Origin: Octopus sinensis
Lineage: Eukaryota
Reading direction: 5' to 3'
Assembly (NCBI RefSeq): GCF_006345805.1
Contig: NW_021827345.1
Coordinates: forward strand, 1-10,674
Length of the DNA: 10,674 nucleotides
The position numbers and the translations under genes were made by a program. Shown here one piece after another: positions 1-7,999 of the stretch. Each line of letters starts with the position of its first letter. Positions within the stretch are counted from its first letter, which is position 1. The notes beneath the pieces are model-generated. The model searched no databases and had not been told where the DNA came from. It worked only from the letters and a program-made list of their open reading frames with translations.

Positions 1-826
1 GAAATGGAGATAACCTCAGATTAACAAACACATCAATTGGACCACATTTATAGCTTATTTTTTAATACAAAGAATGTCATAACAAATGGGTGACGTAACA
101 AATCTTACGCCCGTTTCTGCATCTGTTGCCAAACGCTTTCTATAAATAATTGCGAAAATAAAATTCTTCTTCTTCATAGGACATACGGTTTAAGGCACGG
201 AGCTTCATCAGAGTAAGAAATATTGTTTATATAAGTATCCAATATAAACAAAGAGAAGAAGGAAAAGGAAAGTAAACATAGCTTGGAAAAGAAGTCTAGA
301 AACCCAATATATTTAAAGCAGATAATCTACCATTTTAAGTTAATCTACCCTTAGTTTATAATCTTTAATTATTAGATTTAATTCATTCTAATCTTAGGGT
401 AATTGTAATTGCTTTTTTAAGTACATTTAATAAATTGTTTGAATTGAAGGAAACTTTATACTCGTAGTACTAATTTGCTAGTGGACTCAGTATTAATTGG
501 TCCCATTTAGTGCCAATACATTCTTTAAAATTGTTCATATAATGACAGGATCTATCTAACATTAATGATTATGTAATGCTTATTAAGCATTTTTAGTGTA
601 CTGTGGCGACTTATGAGTTTTATTAACTGATACTAATTAACATGTGATTTAGTCTTAAATGTTGACCGCCTAATTGTAAGTGACTTTTTAATTATACATT
701 GTAGTGTAGTTATAAGGTGGATTTTTCTTGCGAACCTGTATATATCTAATAATTACCACAATTTTCTATATATGAGGTTAAGTCCAAGTTCATTTCCTAG
801 TAGCCTTAATTGAATCGCTGAATAAC

Positions 827-1615
827 ATCAAACTGGTCGCTCCTCGCGGTAGTATAGAGGATCTTCGACGATGCCTCCACCAAATTTGGAAGTGGTCTAA
901 CGATTGGGACCTGTGTCTGAACGTGTCAAAGTGTTGTCATCTGCCTGTCGGCTCTACTCCTGCAACTCAACTTGATTTCGAGCCGGGTCGTCTGCTGCTG
1001 GAGAGGACCGATCAGGTAAAGGACCTGGGTATCTTGGTGGATTCCTCCTTTTCGCCTTCGGCCCAGTGCGTCCATGCTGCCAACAAAGCGCGCGGAATTC
1101 TGTTTTTGATTCGACGGTCATTCGGAATGCTCACAGCAGCCATATTCCTGCCACTCTATGTCACGCTGGTGAGACCCATATTGGAGTATGGGATTCAAGC
1201 CTCTTCTCCTTATCTCCTCAAAGACATACAGCACCTCGAAAGAGTCCAGAGGCTGGCTACCCGCATGGTTCATGGTCTCAAAAATTTGTCCTACGAAGAA
1301 AGGCTGAGGACGCTCGACCTTTGTTCTCTTGAAAAACGCCGCCGCCGTGGTGATCTCATTCTCGCCCACAACATCATAAGCGGGAAGTGTAACCTCTCGA
1401 AAGAGCTGTTCTTCACTCCTGCTCCGGAGCGTCGGCTGCGGGGTCATTCCGAAAAGCTCTACCTGCGACGATTTCATCTCAATCGAAGGAGAGGAGCTTT
1501 CTCCGTCCGGGTTGCGGATCCGTGGAACAAGCTGCCAGACGAGATGGTGAAGATGCCGACGACCGCTTTGTTCAAAGCCTCCCTGGACCTCAAGTGGCCT
1601 GAACTCTTTACATAA
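827..1615 (+). pseudogene. CR1 ORF2 C-terminal fragment (end of reverse transcriptase domain and thumb/C-terminal region); no true start codon
   Basis: The tracked ORF 923-1615 extends upstream in frame as IKLVAPRGSIEDLRRCLHQIWKWSNDWDLCLNVSKC. This is the sequence that follows the (Y/F)ADD catalytic motif in CR1 RTs. There are no stops or frameshifts before TAA at 1613-1615. The endonuclease and most of the RT are missing. Confidence 0.88.
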
Positions 1616-1695
1616 TCACCACCCTGTACTTAACTCCATGTCCCCCTACATGGCCTTGCTATTTGCTTTTGAGCCAAATTAACTAACTAACTAAC
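829..1695 (+). mobile_element. 5'-truncated CR1-clade non-LTR retrotransposon (3' end of ORF2, 3' UTR and tandem-repeat tail)
   Basis: The translation carries CR1-type post-RT motifs (VKDLGILVD, LYVTLVRPILEY, LERVQRLATRMV, SYEERLRTLDLCSLEKRRRRGDLI, RGHSEKL, FSVRVADPWNKLP). The 3' UTR has a hairpin and a (TAAC)5 tail. TAACAT occurs on both sides (823-828, 1696-1701). Sampled 60-mers are about 50% GC versus about 20-30% in the left flank. Confidence 0.92.
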
Positions 1696-1699
1696 TAAC
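1636..1699 (+). other. CR1 3' UTR stem-loop and (TAAC)n tail
   Basis: CCATGT-ccccct-ACATGG hairpin at 1636-1653 and TAAC x5 at 1680-1699. A 3' stem-loop plus a short tandem tail is the established end structure of CR1/L2-group LINEs. Confidence 0.75.
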
Positions 1700-2303
1700 A
1701 TGTACTAGTTGTATGCCCACCCCCACCCCAACCCGAGGCTACTTACTCTTTGACGGTTCTCTCAAGCTGCTGAAGGACATAAGCGGTCCCTCACCACTTG
1801 CATCATTGTCTTCTCCCCCGGATCCTTTATTTTTTCTTATTTATTTTATTGGCATATTCCATTGTAATAGTTTTAACTTGAGACCTCAGTTCAAACTATA
1901 ACTGACCAATTGTAGAGACCACAGGACTTGGGCTTGCCCTTGTGGACCATAGGTGGGATTCTCAATAATATTTATGTGAGTAACCCTTCTTAAGCACCCT
2001 ACGGTAATGTTTAGGATACATTTTAACTTGGGTTTACTTCGTTAGAATAGGTACTTCCGTTTGATAATCATGTAAGTTTCCTTGTATTATTTTTTTGATA
2101 ACTTCTTTTCATAAATTTATTTATAAAAATTATTCATAAAAAATAAGCTATAAATGTGGTCCAATCGATGTGTTTGTTAATCTGAGGTGCTCTCCATCGT
2201 CTTATTTGTATTTGTTTCCTGATAAACTCTTGTTTATCCTGTGGTTACCGATAATGCATACGGATATTTTAGCCCTTAGTCGGTACACAAACATACACAT
2301 GTG

Positions 2304-2304
<1 letters not shown>

Positions 2305-2343
<39 letters not shown>

Positions 2344-2418
2344 GGTGTGTGTGTGTATGTATATGTACATACATATACAGACATGTATGCACACACACAC
2401 ACACACACATATATATAT
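2305..2418. repeat. Compound microsatellite (TA)n/(TG)n/(TACA)n/(CA)n
   Basis: Directly visible. Confidence 0.95.
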
Positions 2419-2901
2419 GTACCTCAAGAAATGATAAAGAGAAAGCGATTTCTATCTAAACCTTCAAGAAAATATTCGATGAATTAATTCATCCCAAAAA
2501 TATGACCAGAGAACTATACCGTATTCTCAAGGATGATCATCTGGAAATGGCTCTATTAGAGGACCAACTTCCAGTCATAAAACTTCAAAGAAACTGAGGA
2601 AAGCGAAAGAGAAAAGGGAAACATAAAGAATTAGATTTACTCAATCATAAGGTGCTTTTCCCACATAACCACGGCCCATATAATCAAATCACTAAAGAAA
2701 TAAGAGAACGGATATTTGTATATATCTAAAATGAATATAAAACAGCTAAAATCTCGTTGGTTTCTGGCTGTCTCCATCTCTGTAGTGCCACTAGTGTTAT
2801 ATCTGAAAACTTGGTTCAGTGTTTTGCAACACTTTGCTCACTGAAATCTTATACTCGGAAAGGAAGTTCTTGGGCTCTTGATTGCAAGAGTTGATTTCCA
2901 C

Positions 2902-2973
2902 CACACACACATGTATGTATGTATGTACGTATGTATGTACGTATGTACGTATGTATGTATGCGCTGTGTGTAT

Positions 2974-3027
<54 letters not shown>

Positions 3028-3039
3028 CATATACATATA
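2902..3039. repeat. Compound microsatellite (CA)n/(TGTA,CGTA)n/(TA)n/(TACA)n
   Basis: Directly visible. Confidence 0.95.
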
Positions 3040-3042
3040 GGC

Positions 3043-3095
3043 ATTACCCCAACATGGCCACAACCTTACAGTTGAAACGTATCAGAGAATAAAAT
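3043..3095 (+). mobile_element. Remnant SINE 3' tail related to the copy at 6938-7387
   Basis: CAACATGGCC-N13-TGAAAC here matches CAGCATGGCC-N13-TGAAAC at 7346-7374, with the same spacing and a 4-bp stem/6-nt loop, followed by an A-rich tail. Confidence 0.4.
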
Positions 3096-3105
3096 AATAC
3101 ACTCA

Positions 3106-3171
3106 GATATGCATGTATGTATGTATGTATGTATGTATATTTATATATACATACATACATACATACATATC
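3106..3171. repeat. Self-complementary microsatellite (ATGT)n...(ACAT)n
   Basis: GATATG..(ATGT)n-AT spacer-(ACAT)n..CATATC. Confidence 0.9.
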
Positions 3172-3297
3172 GTGTTACCATCGTGAAACCAAGATTTTCT
3201 ACACTTGAAGAATTACGGCATCGGTCGGGAACCTGACAGTGTTGATAGCCCCGAATTCAGGTTATTAAATGCCCTGCTTTTATACTTTACTAGGACC

Positions 3298-3299
<2 letters not shown>

Positions 3300-3389
<90 letters not shown>
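3300..3389. repeat. (CA)n microsatellite, about 90 bp, with a short TACATA interruption
   Basis: Directly visible. Confidence 0.97.
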
Positions 3390-3392
<3 letters not shown>

Positions 3393-5465
3393 TATATATA
3401 TATTCACATACATATACAAATTTATTACACGCACAGAAATATATATACGTACTTATGTTTATGATCAATCGATTTTCCTCCTCTTATAAACACTCTTTGG
3501 GATTGCAACAAGCGCTGAATACTCCATTATGACGGGTAGTGAGGAAATGCAATTGTATGTTGTATGAAACGGAACCTTATATCCATTATATGCATTAAGC
3601 ATCTCCTATCGCTTTACAGAATACCACTACAGCTGGAAAAATTTCGCCACTGACTTCAGACTCAACGGGATAAGTGAAAGGTTGATTGAACTACTGGAAA
3701 GTTTTCTCGTTTCCCCAGTTCTCATGGAAATAAAAAAGCCAGATTAGACCTACAATATTCTAGCAGTACAAATTTAAACATTAATCATTTATTACATCGA
3801 TAGTCCTCGTTTCAATCCCAGTCAGACAGATGGCTTTATCAGATTCACTGAGGATATTTTTTGAAAGACCTATTTCAAGTGTCTTTTTTTCCCCACTGCT
3901 TTTGCGGATTCCCATGACTCTCTGTCACCATTCAGTTCTGCTATTATGAATTCGGAGCTAGGAGCTTGAGTCATAGGGAATCATTCATTAGCTGATTATA
4001 CAACCATGGACTCCACTCCTATGAGTGCTTTGTAGTCACTCACTCTCTTGTTAGAGTTTGGTGATCCTGACCGTTGGTCTTCTCGGATTCCTCTGTTCAG
4101 CTGTATTGAAAGAAGCACCGTTGACTCTTCTGCTGCTTATTCACAATCCGCCATACTGCAGTATGGTGGCTTCACCGTATCCTTGGCTGAACAGGTGCTA
4201 TGCCTTGCCAAAGGGCAGCCCATATCTATGCAGCCACCGTTTCCACTTTGTGAGGTATTTTCAAAATACCCACAAACTATCAAGAAACTTAAATTGTTGT
4301 GTAATATGCTCAATCCAGATAGAAGGAAGCAAAGCATATTCTACATATGAGAAGCCAATCTCTATACCTCACATGTCAGTGAAGTTAATGAAGAAACGGT
4401 GAGAAGCTGATTCCGCTTTTAGGAGGAAATGCTCTGATAGCTAACACCCTATACCTCATCCACCCAGGATGAAGTTGCCTCTCACAGCTCCTGCAGCATC
4501 AGAACTAGGTATTGAACATTAGTTCAATAATATTAAAAGCAAATAAGTTGGATAATGAAGTAAATCGAATCAGCCGTTGGAATTTGGCCCTAGCAGCATT
4601 AAGAATGTGTTTTCACCAGGTCAAAACCTCGGTAATATCGAAGCCCAACTTTTGGAGTGATTGTTGTGATAGAATCATATGCTGCACATGATTTTAGTGG
4701 TATGTGTTGCGATGATATTTTCGTGATATGAGTTGTGTTTGTGTTTTCTTGTTGGGAGAGACGAGATTAGTATTGGAGGAAGCTTTCGAGGTTCTTGGAT
4801 TTGCGCGCGTGTGACGCTTGGTATTTAGTCTGCGAGTGGATAAAATATGGTTGGGATAGGGTTAGGGAAGTATGAAGTTTCATTTGCATAATTGTGTGCG
4901 TTGCTGGACACAACAACAAATAAGTCGCTTATATAAAATGATAGGAGACTGGTTGACGAAACCAACATTGAAAGATACCAGATTTGATACACTGAGGACC
5001 AAAAGCAAAAAGAAAGAAAAAACCGTCTGATAGGAAGCTACCGGTTCAAGAAATGGATGGAAGTCGGATAGGTCCCTTAGGGAGCAATTATGATTGGGGA
5101 TTTGCATGTCAGATATGTTCGGTTGTTTTGCTGAGAGCAAAACCCACCTGGTGAGTGAATTTAGTCCATGTCTAATTTGATAGCACTGCTACCTGGAAAA
5201 GGTATATAATGGTACTTCTTCGTATTACACATTTGGCACCATAGCCTATTCGAGTAAAGAATTATTTTTTGCTTGAATATATCTGGATGTTGGTGGATTA
5301 TCTAGAATTTGTGGGAGATAATCGCCCTGGACACATTTGAATGTTATGACGAGCGAAGGGGAGAAGTGAAGGATAATGGTAGAAATGTGTTTAGACTGAA
5401 AAGTGCTGAGAATCCAGGAGCATGCCCTGCGGACCAGGTCGATTTTGTTGTTTATATTGGCCCTC

Positions 5466-5501
5466 CACACATACGTACATACATACATGCATACATGCAT
5501 G

Positions 5502-5540
<39 letters not shown>

Positions 5541-5542
5541 AT
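5466..5542. repeat. (TACA/TGCA)n followed by (CA)n
   Basis: Directly visible. Confidence 0.95.
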
Positions 5543-5611
5543 AATTGAAATTTACAGAAAGCAAAAGACGAAGACAAGTGAAAGAACAACATGAAAGAAG
5601 AATGGAAAAGT

Positions 5612-5646
5612 CTTTTACGTTTCGAGCCTACGCTCTTCGAAAAAGG
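5612..5646 (-). ncRNA. Degenerate minimal type-I hammerhead-ribozyme-like motif (Penelope-like element pLTR type)
   Basis: The minus strand reads CUUU-uucGAA-GAGC-guag-GCUC-GAAAC-GUA-AAAG. It has stem II, the GAAAC box, a palindromic ACGU, a GUA (NUH) site and a CUUU/AAAG stem I. The CUGANGA box is damaged. Confidence 0.35.
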
Positions 5647-5731
5647 ATTAAGAGGAAATAAACGGAGAGAGAATGAAAAAAAACCCCCCTAAAAACGAGT
5701 GAAACAAATGTGCAGGGATAAGGGATGACCA

Positions 5732-5900
5732 CTATGTGGACAACCCTAATGCTAGAAGTAGATCCGCTATGGTCTTACCACTAAGAAATGTTCTCTAGAT
5801 AATTTAGCAAACACCAGAAACGTAACCGAGCAAAGCAATGGAAAAGTAACAAAAACATATATTAATCATAAACAATGTTTCACTAGGGTTGTCCACACAG
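5732..5900. mobile_element. 169-bp inverted-repeat mini-element (MITE-like)
   Basis: CTATGTGGACAACCCTAATG (5732-5751) is the reverse complement of CACTAGGGTTGTCCACACAG (5881-5900) at 18/20, with a 14-bp perfect core. No clear TSD. Confidence 0.45.
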
Positions 5901-6025
5901 GAGTCCACCCCTCTCATATGTATGAAATACAATTTACTGAACCTTCAGTTTTTTTAATATGCAGACCACTGGTGTTAAATTGATGTTATCAAATTATATC
6001 CAATTTTTCATCCTCATTTTGATTC

Positions 6026-6087
6026 ATATATATATAATTATATATATATTATATGTGTGTGTGGTGTGTGTGTGTAGTATGTGTGCG

Positions 6088-6123
<36 letters not shown>

Positions 6124-6160
6124 ATATATATAACATATATACATACATGTGTGTATGTGT
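6026..6160. repeat. Compound (TA)n/(TG)n microsatellite
   Basis: Directly visible. Confidence 0.93.
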
Positions 6161-6258
6161 ACACACTCGCACATATAGTGATTAAATTACTAATGTGCGC
6201 TGAACTGTGTAACTTTATAACAAAATATAGATTACACATACCGCGCACGCACACCCAA

Positions 6259-6260
<2 letters not shown>

Positions 6261-6295
<35 letters not shown>

Positions 6296-6300
6296 ACTCA
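6261..6300. repeat. (CA)n microsatellite
   Basis: Directly visible. Confidence 0.95.
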
Positions 6301-6872
6301 GAGTTTGGGTTTCAAGGCTTATAGCTAAACTGCATTTGCTTTTTTATACTCCATATTAAAGGAATTGGGAAGAGTTCACCACACGAAAAACTCAAGAAAA
6401 GTTTATTTTCATCAAAAATTGAAAAAAACAAAGAAATGAAATATAAAACTATTATGAGGAACATCTATTAGTTTAAAAAAAATCGAAAGGCCAAGGTAAA
6501 AGAAAAAAAAAAAAAACAACAGAAATCTAGCAAAAATCTGAATATAAACTTAAGAAATGACAATTCTAAACGCTAGGGAAACAGTAAAAGCGCAAATGTT
6601 ACTTGTTGCCGCGGACACGCCCACTTGGTGATTGTTTCATGTTCAGCAGCCAATGATATTCCAGGTTGGCGTGAAACGTGTAGAAAAATACAAAGTGTAT
6701 TCATGCATTGAATGGTGGTGAGTGTGTCGGTATTTGTATGAAGTGGGGGGGGGGAAAGAAAGACTGATCCCAACGGGAGGGAAAGAAATTGTGAATGAAG
6801 AAAAAAGTATCGAGAGATAGAAGTGCTTTTCTTGTACCCCAATTTTTTTTTCTTAAAGGGGACACACCGCAA

Positions 6873-6891
6873 ACACACACACACACACACA
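6873..6891. repeat. (CA)n microsatellite
   Basis: Directly visible. Confidence 0.9.
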
Positions 6892-6937
6892 TTGATTAGA
6901 TAACGTTTATTTTCTGTCAATAGTTTACTTTAACATC

Positions 6938-7071
6938 GGCGCAGGCGTGGCTACGTGGTAAGGAGTCTGACTCGCAACTTCCAGAACTTAAGTAGATGTC
7001 TTCGGCTATAACCCTAGGCCAGCTAAAGCCTTGAGAGGGTATTTTGTAGATGGAAACTGAAAGAGACCTGT

Positions 7072-7125
<54 letters not shown>

Positions 7126-7387
7126 CAGTGCAGACATTATATATGTGCATATATGTGTATGTGCGTATGTATCTTGTATTTGTCTATCACCACCACCACC
7201 ACTTGACACTCGGGTGTTGGTTTGTTTATGTTGCAGTCACTTAACAGTCCAGCAAAAGAGACAATAGAATAAGTATTAGGCTTTAAAAAAGAAGTGTATG
7301 TACGGGAATTGCTTCGTCCTACTAGAACCTTTCAAACCGTTGCTCCAGCATGGCCGTAGTCCAGGAACTGAAACAAGTAAAAGATAT
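6938..7387 (+). mobile_element. Diverged near-full-length tRNA-derived SINE with internal (CA)n microsatellite
   Basis: Starts GGCGCAGGCGTGGCTACGTGGTAAG, with an A-box-like TGGCTACGTGG at 6948-6958. Internal (CA)n at 7075-7123. The 3' half is similar to the inverted copy at 8604-8790. Ends CAGCATGGCC..TGAAACAAGTAAAAGA. The layout matches my recollection of an abundant octopus SINE (not verified). Confidence 0.72.
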
Positions 7388-7424
7388 GCTCCACTTCATA
7401 GGGAGTGCGATACAGATGAAGATA

Positions 7425-7624
7425 TGTTTCTTTGTTACCCACAAGGGGCTAAACACAGAGGGGACAAACAAAGACAGACAAACGGATTAAGTCGATTACA
7501 TCGACCCCGAAATGATAAAAGGCAAAGTCGACCTCGGCGGAATTTGAACTCCAGAACATAACGGCAGACGAAATACGGCTACGCATTTCGCCTGGCGTGC
7601 TAACGATTCTCCCAGCTCGCCGCC
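7425..7624 (-). mobile_element. tRNA-derived SINE (second family) with target-site duplication
   Basis: The minus strand starts GGCGGCGAGCTGGGAGAATCGTTAGC (A-box-like), has B-box GAGTTCAAATTCC (7539-7551) and ends CCCCTTGTGGGTAACAAAGAAA. It is flanked by the direct repeat AGATGAAGATA (7414-7424 and 7625-7635; 12 bp if the preceding C is counted). Confidence 0.87.
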
Positions 7625-7708
7625 AGATGAAGATAGATCTTGTCTGCGACACACTTTCGTTACCTCTAACTTGTTTCACTGGTAACAGATAAAAAAAACT
7701 AAAAGAAA

Positions 7709-7775
7709 ACTGGGTTCAACGGAACTGACACAAACGCTCTCACCAAATTGCTGGCCTTGTGCCAATATTTGAAAT
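7709..7775 (+). mobile_element. Possible decayed SINE 3' tail
   Basis: AAATTGCTGGCCTTGTGCCAATATTTGAAA resembles, from recall only, the 3' tail of an octopus SINE subfamily. There is weak internal similarity to the GGGGTCGAT..ATCGAC segment of 7425-7624. Confidence 0.3.
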
Positions 7776-7999
7776 TAATAACTATTGCTTGAGTGATGTA
7801 TATTTGTTGGTTCTCCTTAATTTTTGAAGTTATGCATGTGTTAAGAAAATGTCGTGGCTGATTATGTCGAATCCCTGTTACAAAAAGGATGATATAATAA
7901 TAATCAAGAACCGTAAATGAACATGACAAATGGCAAGACACATAGGGGTTTTTATAAATTAAGGCTAATTATTTAATTTTTTTCCATTTCCCTAAACAG

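Larger units (their letters stand above)
6..2195. mobile_element. Non-autonomous TIR DNA transposon (ISL2EU-like by end structure), interrupted by a CR1 LINE fragment
   Basis: 6-64 is the reverse complement of 2137-2195 (56/59 identical by hand). Termini are GG...CC, with AT on both flanks (4-5, 2196-2197), and complementarity stops just outside the AT. No transposase is recognisable inside. The superfamily call is inferred from the AT TSD and GG ends only. Confidence 0.65.

Noticed and set aside
812-828. TCGCTGAATAACATC as a mutated F-A-D-D-I catalytic motif
   Set aside because: It needs an insertion plus substitutions in an otherwise undamaged copy. The TAACAT duplication explains the junction more simply, but this is not fully excluded.
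1066-1477. Overlapping ORFs 1066-1332 (+) and 1118-1477 (-)
   Set aside because: They are alternate-frame and antisense shadows of the GC-rich CR1 ORF2, with no recognisable motifs.
2460-2597. 46-codon open stretch (FKKIFDELIHPK...) containing the 16-bp palindrome GATGAATTAATTCATC
   Set aside because: No splice signals or recognisable homology. An AT-rich palindrome of this size is plausible by chance.
3655-3708. Peptide FRLNGISERLIELLESFL resembling a LINE RT segment
   Set aside because: Only 18 codons, and the flanks do not continue the expected RT motifs. A profile search would be needed.
4048-4402. ORFs of 100 and 114 aa on + and 66 aa on -
   Set aside because: No recognisable domain. 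Overlapping frames are open on both strands, as expected for locally higher GC.
4856-4867. GGGATAGGGTTAGGG telomere-like or G4-like run
   Set aside because: Only one TTAGGG unit and three G3 runs.
4882-5107. Two octamer motifs ATTTGCAT (4882-4889, 5100-5107), the second next to ATTGG
   Set aside because: No snRNA or histone gene follows, and 8-mers of this composition are expected by chance.
7535-7624. Possible tRNA gene
   Set aside because: A and B boxes are present, but I could not fold a full cloverleaf. The head continues into a SINE body and is flanked by a TSD.
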